NCBI GenBank assembly: GCA_017462785.1
Contig: JAFTQJ010000017.1
Coordinates: 2,064-66,063, forward strand
Source: Oscillospiraceae bacterium
GTDB lineage: Bacteria; Bacillota; Clostridia; Oscillospirales; Ruminococcaceae
Length of the DNA: 64,000 bases
Reading direction: 5' to 3'
The notes beneath the pieces are model-generated. The model was not told the DNA's origin, did not search any database, and worked only from the letters and a program-made list of their open reading frames with translations. Position 1 is the stretch's first letter. Each line of letters opens with the position of its first letter. The position numbers and the translations under genes are program-made. Below are positions 27,538 through 37,329 of the stretch, one piece after another.

Positions 27538-27777
27538 TTATTCAGATTTTTCTTCCGCATCCAGAATGGAAATGGGTCTTGAGGGGGCAATGGTAGAGAT
27601 CGCATGCTTATACACAAGCTGCTGCTTGCCGTCACAGTCCAGGATCACAATATAATTGTCGAACCCCTTGACAATACCCTTGAACTGGAAGCCATTTACC
27701 AGATAAATTGTTACAACATTTCGCTCCTTGCGTGCGAGATTCAGAAAGGTATCCTGAAGATTGATGTTTTTGTTCAT
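27538..27777 (-). CDS. hfq: RNA chaperone Hfq
   Basis: 79 aa. [40 protein letters not shown]...[12 protein letters not shown] contains the Sm1 and Sm2 motifs. It lies directly downstream of miaA, as in many bacteria. Confidence 0.9.
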   Translation of the reverse strand: MNKNINLQDTFLNLARKERNVVTIYLVNGFQFKGIVKGFDNYIVILDCDGKQQLVYKHAISTIAPSRPISILDAEEKSE

Positions 27778-27866
27778 TTGTTATTTGCTCCTTTCCCTAT
27801 TCGGGAGGTACGGTTTCCGGTTTTTACCGAAAATCACTCCATTATCCAATTATACCACAAATTTTC

Positions 27867-28796
27867 TCATTTGGCTATGATTTTTTCAGCTTTTTCTAAA
27901 ATTTCTTCTACTTCATCATTTTCACTCAAAATCAACCATGAAATTTGATGATTTCGACGAAACCAAGTGAGCTGCCGCTTGGCATAGCGGCGTGTTTCCT
28001 GCTGAATTTTGGCAATACAGTCATCAAGCGAAGCCTGATTTTCAAAATAAGGGATCAGCTCCTTGTAGCCGATGGCATTTGCAGCGGTTTGCATGCCGCC
28101 TGCTTCATACACTTCCCTCGCCTCTTCCAGCAGTCCCTGTTCCAGCATCGCAAGGACTCTGCGGTCGATACGGTCGTAGAGCACGGCACGGTCGGCATAA
28201 TCCAGACCGATCATCACCGCATCATAAGGGGATGGGTGGGCGGCATTCTCCGCCTTCAGCTCCGAAAAGCGTCTGCCGCTGGAAAGACAGACCTCAAGTG
28301 CACGGACCACACGCACCGCATTATTCGGGTGGATGCTGGCGGCAGCTTCGGGGTCGAGTGCGGCAAGCTCTGCATGCAGCACCTCTTTTCCCTCCGTTTC
28401 TGCCCGTGCATAGAGCTGCTCACGCAGCTTCGGGTCATTGCCCTCCTGTGAAAACTGCATGCCGCTGAGGAGGGAATCCACATAAAGTCCGGTGCCGCCG
28501 ACAATGATGGGGAGCTTTCCCCTTGCGGCGATTCCGGCGATCTTTTCTTTTGCAAGCGTGACATATTCCGCAGCAGAAAACGCCTGACTGCGTGACAGAA
28601 TGCCAATGAGGTGATGGGGAATATCCTGCATTTCCGCTTGGGTGGGCTTTGCCGTGGCGATGCCCATTCCCTCGTAGATCTGCATGGAGTCGGCTGAGAT
28701 GATCTCACCGCCGAGTTTTCTGGCAAGTGCGATGCCCAGTGCGGTCTTTCCAGATGCAGTCGGGCCGACGACTGCGATAACACGTTGTTTTTCCAT
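27867..28796 (-). CDS. miaA: tRNA dimethylallyltransferase
   Basis: 309 aa with the P-loop VVGPTASGKTALG, plus ISADSMQIYEGMGIATAKP and GGTGLY. Confidence 0.9.
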   Translation of the reverse strand: MEKQRVIAVVGPTASGKTALGIALARKLGGEIISADSMQIYEGMGIATAKPTQAEMQDIPHHLIGILSRSQAFSAAEYVTLAKEKIAGIAARGKLPIIVGGTGLYVDSLLSGMQFSQEGNDPKLREQLYARAETEGKEVLHAELAALDPEAAASIHPNNAVRVVRALEVCLSSGRRFSELKAENAAHPSPYDAVMIGLDYADRAVLYDRIDRRVLAMLEQGLLEEAREVYEAGGMQTAANAIGYKELIPYFENQASLDDCIAKIQQETRRYAKRQLTWFRRNHQISWLILSENDEVEEILEKAEKIIAK

Positions 28797-28803
28797 ACTT
28801 CAC

Positions 28804-30762
28804 CTACACTCTTCGGCGGAATTGTTTTTCCAGATTGTATTTCGACATGGTGAACATCACCGGTCTGCCGTGGGGACAGTGGCGGATGTTCACGTCACGG
28901 CACACCTGCTCCGTCAATGCCTGAAGCTCCTGCAATGAGTTTTTGTCATTCGCACGGATGGCGGATTTGCAGGCAAGCTCATGGAGCATATCATCCAGCA
29001 GATGGGTCTGGGGATTGACCTTTCCGAGAAAGAGGTTATGTGCCAGCTCCTGCACGATCTCATCGAGATTCAGCCCATCAAAAAAGATGGGGGCAGCCGT
29101 GGTCACGGCATAGGGCTTGTGCGAAAAATCGAACGCAAACCCAAGTCTGTCAAGAAGCGGAACATTCTCCTCCATCGCAGAAAATTCATCCATCGTCAGC
29201 AGGACACGGCATGGCTCCAGCAGCATCTGCTGGTACTGCCGGCAATTGTCACGCCGGAGCTTCTCAAAGATCACCCGTTCATGGGCAGCATGCTTGTCAA
29301 TGATGATCATGGTGTCGCCGGACTGGGCAAGGATGTAATTTGCAAACAGCTCCCCGATCACCTTCACATCCGGAAACGGCTCTGTTTCGATCTCTGCGAC
29401 CTCCTGCGGCTCGGATGCTCTGGCAGGTTCCGCAGGACGCATCTGGACTGCGGGGGGCTGTGCCTTCGGTGCAGGCGTATCCTCCTGTGTATGTAAGTCG
29501 CCGGAAACAATGGGGGTTTTCGGCGGCTTCTTCTCCGCAAAAAGGCTCGTGCGTTCCGGCTCCGGCGTACTCTGTACGGGCTTGGGCGGCGGCACGGGTG
29601 CTGTGAAAGGCATGGATGCCTGCGGCAGCACGGGCTGCACGGGAGGCGGTGCTGCGGGCTTTGGCGGTGCAGGCTTCGGCGGCTCCTCTACAAGGGGCTG
29701 CTGTGTATATTCCGGCTTGGGTTTCTGATACCAGTCCTGCACCGGCTTTTTTGCCTGAAATTCGTAGATCAGCCCTGCTTTCATCAGGGCATTTTTCACC
29801 GCAAAATAAATGGCGTTGATGACGGTCTTTTCCTCGGAGAACCGCACCTCCGCTTTGGCTGGGTGAATGTTCACATCGAGCGTGTGCGGCGGCATGTCAA
29901 GCATGAGGACGCATGCAGGGAATTTGCCCGTCATGATGAGATTTTCATAGGCACTTTCCAAAGCGACCATGCACGAACGTGACCGCACATAACGTGAATT
30001 GACAAAGAAATTCTGGAAGCTGCGGTTATTCTTTGCATAGAGGGGCTTGATGACAAAACCTTTCACAGAGATGCCGTCCTGCTCATGTTCCACGGGGAGC
30101 AGATCCCTTGCAAAATCCCGTCCGTAGACGGCGTGGATCGCTGCAAGGAGCGTGCCGCTGCCGTCGGAATGGAATTCCATTTTATTGTCACGGATGAAAC
30201 GGAACGCAATTTCAGGATGGGAAATGGCGATCTTCTGAATGATCTGGGAAACCGCATTGCCCTCCGCCGCATCACGCTTCATGAATTTGCGTCTTGCCGG
30301 AACATTGAAAAAGAGATCCTTGATGACAAGCGTGGTGCCGTCCGGACAGCCGCATTCCTCAGGGATGCCGGCATCCGCACCGGCGATCTCGTACTTTGTG
30401 CCGAATTCGTCGCATGGACGCTTTGTCAGCACTGTCACCCTCGCCACAGCCGCAATCGAAGCGAGAGCCTCCCCACGGAAACCGAGGGTGCGGATGGTGT
30501 CGAGATCCGCTTTTTCGTTGATCTTGCTGGTTGCATGCCGCAGGAATGCCGTCGGCACGTCCTCCGGTGCCATACCGCATCCATCGTCCACGATCCGCAT
30601 GAAGGTCGTACCGCCGTTTTTGATCTCAACGGTGATATGTGCTGCACCTGCGTCAATGGAATTTTCCACCAGTTCCTTGATCACGGAGGAGGGGCGTTCG
30701 ATCACCTCTCCGGCTGCGATCAGCTCGGAAACGGCTTTGTCAAGTACCGTAATGACTGCCAT
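28804..30762 (-). CDS. mutL: DNA mismatch repair protein MutL
   Basis: 652 aa with a GHKL ATPase N-terminus (IAAGEVIERPSSVIKELVENSIDAG, DDGCGM). A Pro-rich linker follows, then the C-terminal endonuclease motif region. Confidence 0.95.
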   Translation of the reverse strand: MAVITVLDKAVSELIAAGEVIERPSSVIKELVENSIDAGAAHITVEIKNGGTTFMRIVDDGCGMAPEDVPTAFLRHATSKINEKADLDTIRTLGFRGEALASIAAVARVTVLTKRPCDEFGTKYEIAGADAGIPEECGCPDGTTLVIKDLFFNVPARRKFMKRDAAEGNAVSQIIQKIAISHPEIAFRFIRDNKMEFHSDGSGTLLAAIHAVYGRDFARDLLPVEHEQDGISVKGFVIKPLYAKNNRSFQNFFVNSRYVRSRSCMVALESAYENLIMTGKFPACVLMLDMPPHTLDVNIHPAKAEVRFSEEKTVINAIYFAVKNALMKAGLIYEFQAKKPVQDWYQKPKPEYTQQPLVEEPPKPAPPKPAAPPPVQPVLPQASMPFTAPVPPPKPVQSTPEPERTSLFAEKKPPKTPIVSGDLHTQEDTPAPKAQPPAVQMRPAEPARASEPQEVAEIETEPFPDVKVIGELFANYILAQSGDTMIIIDKHAAHERVIFEKLRRDNCRQYQQMLLEPCRVLLTMDEFSAMEENVPLLDRLGFAFDFSHKPYAVTTAAPIFFDGLNLDEIVQELAHNLFLGKVNPQTHLLDDMLHELACKSAIRANDKNSLQELQALTEQVCRDVNIRHCPHGRPVMFTMSKYNLEKQFRRRV

Positions 30763-30786
30763 TGCGGATCTCCTTTCTTCGATGTT

Positions 30787-33411
30787 TTATCTGTCCAGCA
30801 TGGATGCCAGCTCTTCGAGCAGTTCACGGCATTCCGCATCCGTCAGCTCTGCGACATTTGTCCTCCGCAGGCGGTCGGGAATTGCAGATTCCTGCATACT
30901 GCCGAAACTGATCTGCCCGTCATGGGGCTTTTCCTGCACTGCCTTTGCAGCTGCCGCCTGTGCCTCCAGTTCAGCAAGAAGCTGGTTGGCACGGCTGAGT
31001 ACCTTGGTCGGAAGTCCTGCAAGCTTTGCCACGTCAATGCCATAGCTGTCATCCGTGCCGCCTGCCACGATCTTGCGGAGGAAGCGGATGCCGTCCCTGC
31101 CCTTTTTCACGGCGATGCTGTAATTTCTCACACCATCCATGAGGGATTCCAGTGCGATCAGCTCGTGGTAATGTGTTGCAAACAGGGTCTTGCAGCCGAG
31201 ATTTCTCGCCGAGCAGATATGCTCCGCAACTGCTCTCGCAATGCTGATGCCGTCAAAGGTGGACGTACCTCTCCCGACCTCATCGAGAATGACAAGGCTG
31301 TCCTTGGTGGCATGGCGGAGGATCTCAGCGACCTCACGCATCTCGACCATGAACGTGCTCTGTCCTGCGGCGAGGTCATCGGATGCACCGACTCTGGTGA
31401 AAATTCTGTCCGCAACGGAGATTTTCGCATAGGATGCCGGTACAAAACAGCCGATCTGTGCCATGAGGACAATGAGTGCGGTCTGACGCATATAGGTCGA
31501 TTTACCGGACATGTTGGGACCTGTGATGATGGAAAGGCGGTTTGCTCCCGTATCAAGGTAGGTGTCATTCGGAACGAACACCTCCTCTTCGAGCATCTGC
31601 TCGACCACGGGATGCCTGCCGTCACGGATGAACAGGGTGCCGTCGATGGCGATCTCGGGCTTGCAGTAATTGTTCTTTGCAGCGGTTTCCGCAAAGGAAA
31701 CCAGCACGTCCACTGCGGCAACGGCGGCGGCGGTTTCCTGCACGCTTACAAGTGCCTGTGCAAGATAATCACGCACCTGTGCATAAAGATCCTGTTCAAG
31801 CTGGAGAGCCTTGTCCTTAGCACCGAGAACGGTGTTTTCGGCATCCTTCAGCTCCTGCGTGATGAAGCGTTCGCAGTTGGCAAGGGTCTGTTTGCGGATG
31901 TAATGCTCCGGCACAAGGTCATAGTAGGAACGTGTGACCTCGATATAGTAGCCGAATACACGGTTGAAGCCGACTTTGAGGTTTTTGATGCCCGTGCGTT
32001 CACGCTCCTGCTCGCAGATCTCCTCGATCAGATTGCTGCCGCCGTTCTGGATGGCACGCAGCTCGTCAAGATCCTTGTCAAAGTCCTCACGGATTACACC
32101 GCCGTCCTTGATGACTGCCGGCGGTTCCTCCACAATGGCACGTTCCACGAGGTCTGCGATGCTGTGCAGGTCGGAGATCTGTGCATTGAGCTTCTGGAGG
32201 AGTGCGGATGCGGAGAGGGAAGCCAGCACCTCTTTGAGCTGCGGCAGTTCCTTTGCAGTATCCGCAAGTGCACGAAGATCACGGGGCATCGCCTTTTTAT
32301 AGACGATCCTCGTCATCAGGCGTTCGAGGTCATACACTCTGTCGAGGATGTCCTGCAGCTCCATCAGCTCCATGCTGTGCTGCATGAGCTGTTCCACTGC
32401 ATCCAGCCTTGCCATGATCTTGGCAGGACTTCTCAGCGGACGCTCCAGCCATGCTTTCAGCATACGCTTGCCCATGGAGGTGCGTGTGCTTTCCAGCACC
32501 CACAATAGGGAGCCTTTCTTTTCACCCGTCCGCATGGTGCGGACAAGTTCGAGATTCCGCATGGCGTTGTAATCGAGAGTCATATAGGCACTGCTGTCAC
32601 TCAGTTCGAGGTTCACGAATCTGCCGACGGGCACCTTCTGGGTGGTCTGGATGTACTCGAACATACCGCAGACCGCCGCAGTTTCACAGCCGGATTCCTT
32701 CAGTCCGAGCTGGGCAAGGCTCTGTGCGGAAAACTGTGCACAGACGATGCTGCCGGACTGCTCGGGAGAGAAGCATTTTTCCTCTCTCAGAGCAGCGGCA
32801 CATTTCAGACGGATCTTGAGGAAATCACCGACCTCACGCAGGGAGAGAAAAGCGGCGTTGAAGATGATCTCCGCCGGCATATAGCGTGAGAGGAGGGTGA
32901 TGATCTCATCCTCCGCATGCTTTTCCGCAATCGGATAGAGAGCCGCCTCACCCGTGGAGAGGTCTGCAAAGCAGAGGGCGGTGCCGTCCAGCCCGCAGTA
33001 GGCACAGCAGAGGTAATTATTAGACGCATCATCGAGCATATTGTTTTCAATGACCGTGCCGGGCGTGACCACCCGGATGACCTCACGCTCAACAAGTCCC
33101 TTGCTCTGTGCCGGATCCGTCATCTGCTCACAGATGGCAACACGGTAACCGAGGTCAATGAGCCGCTTGATATACAGCTCGCTGCTGTGGTAGGGCACAC
33201 CGCACATGGGTGCACGCTCCTCCAGACCGCAGTCCCTGCCCGTAAGGGTCAGCTCCAGATCACGGGAAACACGGATGGCATCGTCAAAGAACATCTCATA
33301 AAAATCCCCCAGTCTGTAAAAGAGCACACAGTCCGGATACTGTGCCTTGGTATCCGCATACTGCTGCATCATGGGTGATAATTTATCTCTGTCGATCTGG
33401 TTGAGTTCCAT
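30787..33411 (-). CDS. mutS: DNA mismatch repair protein MutS
   Basis: 874 aa. The N-terminus has TPMMQQY...YRLGDFYEMFF. It has the Walker A motif ITGPNMSGKSTYMRQ and DEVGRGTST. Confidence 0.95.
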   Translation of the reverse strand: MELNQIDRDKLSPMMQQYADTKAQYPDCVLFYRLGDFYEMFFDDAIRVSRDLELTLTGRDCGLEERAPMCGVPYHSSELYIKRLIDLGYRVAICEQMTDPAQSKGLVEREVIRVVTPGTVIENNMLDDASNNYLCCAYCGLDGTALCFADLSTGEAALYPIAEKHAEDEIITLLSRYMPAEIIFNAAFLSLREVGDFLKIRLKCAAALREEKCFSPEQSGSIVCAQFSAQSLAQLGLKESGCETAAVCGMFEYIQTTQKVPVGRFVNLELSDSSAYMTLDYNAMRNLELVRTMRTGEKKGSLLWVLESTRTSMGKRMLKAWLERPLRSPAKIMARLDAVEQLMQHSMELMELQDILDRVYDLERLMTRIVYKKAMPRDLRALADTAKELPQLKEVLASLSASALLQKLNAQISDLHSIADLVERAIVEEPPAVIKDGGVIREDFDKDLDELRAIQNGGSNLIEEICEQERERTGIKNLKVGFNRVFGYYIEVTRSYYDLVPEHYIRKQTLANCERFITQELKDAENTVLGAKDKALQLEQDLYAQVRDYLAQALVSVQETAAAVAAVDVLVSFAETAAKNNYCKPEIAIDGTLFIRDGRHPVVEQMLEEEVFVPNDTYLDTGANRLSIITGPNMSGKSTYMRQTALIVLMAQIGCFVPASYAKISVADRIFTRVGASDDLAAGQSTFMVEMREVAEILRHATKDSLVILDEVGRGTSTFDGISIARAVAEHICSARNLGCKTLFATHYHELIALESLMDGVRNYSIAVKKGRDGIRFLRKIVAGGTDDSYGIDVAKLAGLPTKVLSRANQLLAELEAQAAAAKAVQEKPHDGQISFGSMQESAIPDRLRRTNVAELTDAECRELLEELASMLDR

Positions 33412-33462
33412 GCTTTCGCCTTCCTTCCGTGATTTTTTGATGATCCAACATGCTGAAAAACA

Positions 33463-33522
33463 GCCCCCCGCCTCAAGAGGAGGGGTTATATTTCGGGGAC
33501 TTCGCCCCCGAACCCCTTTTGG
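33463..33522. repeat. GC-rich hairpin intergenic repeat, diverged copy C
   Basis: cagCCCCCCGCCTCaagaGGAGGGGttatatttCGGGGacttcgCCCCCGaaccccttttgg. It shares the CCCC..GGGG hairpin, then (C/T)TATAT, then the second-hairpin architecture of copies A and B. Confidence 0.5.
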
Positions 33523-33546
33523 CAGAGCATCAGCTCTGCATTGGAT

Positions 33547-33954
33547 TTAGTGGCATCCGCTGCAGCTGCTGCAATTGCCGCCGCAGGAAATTTCACCGGT
33601 GCCGCAGGTTTCCGGATCTTCGCCGTTTGCAGCCATTGTGATGATATGGTTGACTTGATTGAGCAGGCTGTCCATGCCCTCCTTTGCAGCGGTGAACACC
33701 ATCATCTTGGGATTCTCCATGATCTGCTTGTACAGGGACTTGATCACGCTGTCAAGCTCCGTCACCTTATCCTGATCCTTGTCGGGCTTGCCCATCTCCA
33801 TATTCAGCTCCATACGCTTGAGGTTGAATGCACCGATCAGGTTCTGGAGCTGTTCATCCTCGTCGTTTGCCTGCTTTGCGAGATTGTAGGCGATATAACG
33901 GTCGTCTGCCTGAATTGCTTTACCGAGTTCTCTTGTCATCTGAATAATATCCAT
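33547..33954 (-). CDS. YlbF/YmcA family protein with a Cys-rich C-terminal tail
   Basis: 135 aa. MDIIQMTRELGKAIQADDRYIAYNLAKQ...LQNLIGAFNLKR fits the YlbF/YmcA (UPF0342) pattern. It occupies the same slot (miaB - ymcA - mutS) as B. subtilis ymcA. The tail is ETCGTGEISCGGNCSSCSGCH. Confidence 0.7.
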   Translation of the reverse strand: MDIIQMTRELGKAIQADDRYIAYNLAKQANDEDEQLQNLIGAFNLKRMELNMEMGKPDKDQDKVTELDSVIKSLYKQIMENPKMMVFTAAKEGMDSLLNQVNHIITMAANGEDPETCGTGEISCGGNCSSCSGCH

Positions 33955-34041
33955 GGTGGTTTCTCCTTTTCTTTGGTTAATTTTAAAATGTGGGGGAATC
34001 GCATGATGCGATCCCCTGCCGAGGTCTTTCAGGGGTTCATG

Positions 34042-35469
34042 TCAAACTGACACAAGCTCCCCCGTCACAAGTCCGTTGTGGGTTTCGGTGATCCTGATAT
34101 TCACAAAGGTACCGATCAGCTCCGGCGTGCCGGCGAATTCCACCAGCATGTTTTCCGTGCTTCTGCCCGTGAGCAGTTCCGGACGCTTGCGGCTCTGTCC
34201 GTCAGCCAGTACCCTGATCGTTCTGCCGAGGAAGCGACGGTTGTTCTCCACGGAGATCTCACGCTGCAATGCGAGAAGCCGCTGCATGCGTTCGCTCTTT
34301 TCGGCATCCGTGGTCGCATCCGGCATTTCTGCCGCCTTTGTGCCCGTCCGCTTGGAGTAGATGAAGGAATACACATTGTCATACCGCACCTCACGCATCA
34401 CCGCAAGCGTTCCCTCAAAATCCTCTGCCGTTTCATCGGGGAAACCGACGATCAGGTCAGTGGTCAGGGAAAATTCCGGATCACGGCTGCGGATGTACCG
34501 CACCTTTTCCAGATACTGCGAAACGGTGTAGCGGCGGTTCATGCGGCGGAGTATATCATCACTTCCCGACTGCACGGGCAGATGCAGATGCTTTGCAAGA
34601 TGCCTGCATGCAAGGATCGCATCCATCATTTCCGGCGTTGCATCCTTCGGATGGGAGGACATGAAGCGGATCCAGAATTCGCCCTCGATTTTGTCAAGCT
34701 CACGCAGAAGTGCCGGAAAATCCATACCATTTTCCAGATCTCTGCCATAGGAATTCACATTCTGTCCGAGGAGCATGATCTCCCGATAGCCCTGCTGCAC
34801 CAGCTCCCTGACCTCTGCAATGATATGCTCCGGTCTGCGGCTGCGTTCTCTTCCTCTGACATAGGGGACGATGCAGTAGGTACAGAAATTATTGCATCCG
34901 AACATGATCGGGACGGATGCCTTGAAGCTGCTCTCACGGACTGCCTCCTGTCCCTCGGGAATGTCCGTGTAGATCTCAATATCCTGAGCGTATTTCTTGC
35001 CGTGCATGACCGCATACAGCATCTGAGCCAGACGGCTAACGGCGGATGTGCCGAGCACAATGTCCACATGGCGGTAGGACTCACGGATCTTGTCCGCAGC
35101 CTGCTGCTGTGCAGTCATGCAGCCGGTCACGCAGATGATGAGTGCAGGATTCTCACGCTTGAGCTTCTTGATGCTGCCGAGCGTGCCGAACACCCGATCC
35201 TCCGCATTTTCACGGACTGCACAGGTGTTATACAGGATCAGGGATGCCTTTGCAATGTCCCCTGTAAAGCCGTAGCCCATCTGTTTGAGGATGCCGCTGA
35301 GCTTTTCACCGTCCGCCACATTGAGCTGACAGCCGAAGCTATGCACATAGGCAAGCGGCTGCTGCGGCATGGCATCCGTCCAGCGGCGTACCTCCTGCAC
35401 GCAGAATTCCGGCGACGGCAGATGATTCATATCCAGTGTTTCCGGCAAAGCGTTCCCTCCTTCATTCAT
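34042..35469 (-). CDS. miaB: tRNA-2-methylthio-N6-dimethylallyladenosine synthase (radical SAM methylthiotransferase)
   Basis: It has the N-terminal cluster Cys residues (FGCQLN...NTCAVRE...GCM), the radical SAM motif GCNNFCTYCIVP and a C-terminal TRAM domain. I set the start at ATG 35469 (MNEGGNALPE). The track ORF extends 33 codons upstream into the terminator and promoter. Confidence 0.9.
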   Translation of the reverse strand: MNEGGNALPETLDMNHLPSPEFCVQEVRRWTDAMPQQPLAYVHSFGCQLNVADGEKLSGILKQMGYGFTGDIAKASLILYNTCAVRENAEDRVFGTLGSIKKLKRENPALIICVTGCMTAQQQAADKIRESYRHVDIVLGTSAVSRLAQMLYAVMHGKKYAQDIEIYTDIPEGQEAVRESSFKASVPIMFGCNNFCTYCIVPYVRGRERSRRPEHIIAEVRELVQQGYREIMLLGQNVNSYGRDLENGMDFPALLRELDKIEGEFWIRFMSSHPKDATPEMMDAILACRHLAKHLHLPVQSGSDDILRRMNRRYTVSQYLEKVRYIRSRDPEFSLTTDLIVGFPDETAEDFEGTLAVMREVRYDNVYSFIYSKRTGTKAAEMPDATTDAEKSERMQRLLALQREISVENNRRFLGRTIRVLADGQSRKRPELLTGRSTENMLVEFAGTPELIGTFVNIRITETHNGLVTGELVSV

Positions 35470-35482
35470 AGTTTTACATTTT

Positions 35483-35511
35483 ATTATAGCACAGATGACG
35501 GAAAAATGCAA
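35483..35511 (-). promoter_or_regulatory. sigma-70 promoter for miaB
   Basis: Minus strand reads TTGCAT, a 17-nt spacer ending in TGC, then TATAAT (extended -10). Confidence 0.65.
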
Positions 35512-35521
35512 GTTTTTTCGT

Positions 35522-35558
35522 AAAAAAACTGCAATTCCCATTGAATCGGGAATTGCAG
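35522..35558 (-). terminator. intrinsic terminator after rqcH
   Basis: Minus strand reads CTGCAATTCCC-gattcaat-GGGAATTGCAG (11-bp stem) followed by TTTTTTT. Confidence 0.85.
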
Positions 35559-35564
35559 AGGCAA

Positions 35565-37319
35565 TCACACTTTTTGTGCCAGCTTTTCGCAGAGCTGTGC
35601 ATCGGGTTTGACATAGAGGGTCTGCTGGTTCGTGAAAATCACCATGCCGGGCTTGGCTCCATTGGGCTTTTTGACGAACTTCACACGAGTGAAATCCACG
35701 GGAACCTGTGCGGAATCCCTTGCCTTGCTGTGATATGCCGCCAGTACTGCCGCCTGTCGGATCGCCGTTTCACTCGGCTCCATGCCGTCCGTCACAAGGA
35801 TCACATGGGAACCGGGGATGTTCTGCGTATGCAGCCAGATGTCGAGCTTTGCCGCCTGCTTGGTCGTCAGGAGATCATTCTGCCGGTTATTCCGTCCGAC
35901 AAGGATCATGAAGCCGTCCTCACTGCGGTACACCATCGGGGGCTGCTGCTTCGGGGGCTTCTGCCTGCCGTTTTTCTTCTTGGTATAGCCCTGCTCACAA
36001 AGCTCCTCACGGAGAAGCAGGAGATCCGCTTCGGTTTCCGCACGGCTCAGGACATCGAACACGCTTTCAAGATATGCAAGCTCCTGCTCGCCCTGTTCGA
36101 TCTGTTCGGAGAGCTTTTCCTTGGCTGTGACTGCCTTCCGGTAAAGCGTATAGTACCGCTGGGCATTCTGGGCAGGAGTCAGGTTCACTTGCAGCGGAAT
36201 GCTGATCTGCGGACAGTCCTCCTCGTAGAAATTCTCCAGAACCGCCGCAGTATCGCCCTTTTGCAGACGGTAGAGATTGGCGGAAAGCAGATCGCCGCAG
36301 AGCTTATTGTGCTCCATCTTGTCTGTCTGGGCAAGCTCCGCCCTCTGGTTGTCGAGCTTTCTGCTCACACGTTCAAGCCTTGTCATGACAAGGCGGAAGA
36401 GGTCGTTCGCCCTCTGCTTCATTCTTGCATGCAGGTCACGCTTGGTATAGAATTCATCCAGTGCCGCACTTGCACTCGGCATGGGTCTGACGACCATCAG
36501 TGCACCGTACTGCTCCGGTCTGAGGAAGCAGTAATCCTTGAGCTGTCCCTCCGGTGTCTGCAAAACGCTGAACTGACAGCCGCCGTTTCGCAGCATTTCT
36601 GCGGTGCGGTGCAGAGTGAAGAGCAGACGATCCCTGTGATCCTGCGTCATGGAGTGGGTGCGGATAAAGTCGCTCTTGCAGACATAGTATGCCCACTCTC
36701 TGGCAAGCAGCGGAGAAACACCCTCGAACAGCTGCACAAGTGCCTTGTCAAGCGGTGCATCCGGTGCAAGGAGCAGTGCGGAGATGATGGTTTCATCATC
36801 GGTGTCCATGAAATTCAGGCGGCGGCTCCGGTGGGGCATTTCATACGCAAATCCGGGCAGAATGACACGTTCACGGGTCACATCCGCATTGCGTTTCAGG
36901 CTGTCGATGATCTTTCCGTCCTGATCGCAGAGGATGCAGTTGGAGTACCTGCCCATCACCTCGCATGCAAGCGTCAGCTGCACACGGTCGCCCAGCTCGC
37001 TGACGCATTCAAAATCGAGAAAGAGAATGCGTTCAAGCCCGTCCTGCCGCACGGAAATAAGCTTGCCGCCGCCGAGATGCTTGCGGAGCAGCATGCAGAA
37101 CATGGGCGGAACTGCGGGGTTTTCGATGACTGCCTGCGTCAGGTGCAGTCTTGCACTGTCGCCGGATGTGCTGATGAGGAGCTTCTGCATTCCCTCCCTT
37201 CCACGCAGATGGATGATGATTTCATCACGGGAAGGCTGGTGGATCTTATCCGCCCTCGTACCGGTCAATGCTTCCAGCTCCTGTTTTACTGCATACAGAT
37301 ATGCACCGTCAAATGCCAT
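35565..37319 (-). CDS. rqcH: NFACT family ribosome quality-control protein RqcH (fibronectin-binding protein A type)
   Basis: 584 aa with N-terminus MAFDGAYLYAVKQELEALTGTRADKIHQP. It has a central coiled coil and a C-terminal NFACT-R/DUF814 region (WLHTQNIPGSHVIL). Confidence 0.85.
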   Translation of the reverse strand: MAFDGAYLYAVKQELEALTGTRADKIHQPSRDEIIIHLRGREGMQKLLISTSGDSARLHLTQAVIENPAVPPMFCMLLRKHLGGGKLISVRQDGLERILFLDFECVSELGDRVQLTLACEVMGRYSNCILCDQDGKIIDSLKRNADVTRERVILPGFAYEMPHRSRRLNFMDTDDETIISALLLAPDAPLDKALVQLFEGVSPLLAREWAYYVCKSDFIRTHSMTQDHRDRLLFTLHRTAEMLRNGGCQFSVLQTPEGQLKDYCFLRPEQYGALMVVRPMPSASAALDEFYTKRDLHARMKQRANDLFRLVMTRLERVSRKLDNQRAELAQTDKMEHNKLCGDLLSANLYRLQKGDTAAVLENFYEEDCPQISIPLQVNLTPAQNAQRYYTLYRKAVTAKEKLSEQIEQGEQELAYLESVFDVLSRAETEADLLLLREELCEQGYTKKKNGRQKPPKQQPPMVYRSEDGFMILVGRNNRQNDLLTTKQAAKLDIWLHTQNIPGSHVILVTDGMEPSETAIRQAAVLAAYHSKARDSAQVPVDFTRVKFVKKPNGAKPGMVIFTNQQTLYVKPDAQLCEKLAQKV

Positions 37320-37329
37320 GTTTTTCCTC

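Noticed and set aside
30085-32508. Very long ORFs antisense to well-supported genes. Examples are 30085..32508(+) opposite mutS/mutL, 2403..3860(+) opposite glyQS, 5880..7175(-), 14438..16264(-), 17643..19574(-), 35541..37448(+), 43188..44528(+), 46779..48050(+), 53081..53803(+) and 58673..59668(-).
   Set aside because: Each mirrors a gene whose translation shows strong family motifs. The antisense translations are low-complexity, rich in Cys/His/Arg and lack ribosome-binding sites. Long open antisense frames are expected in GC-rich coding DNA.
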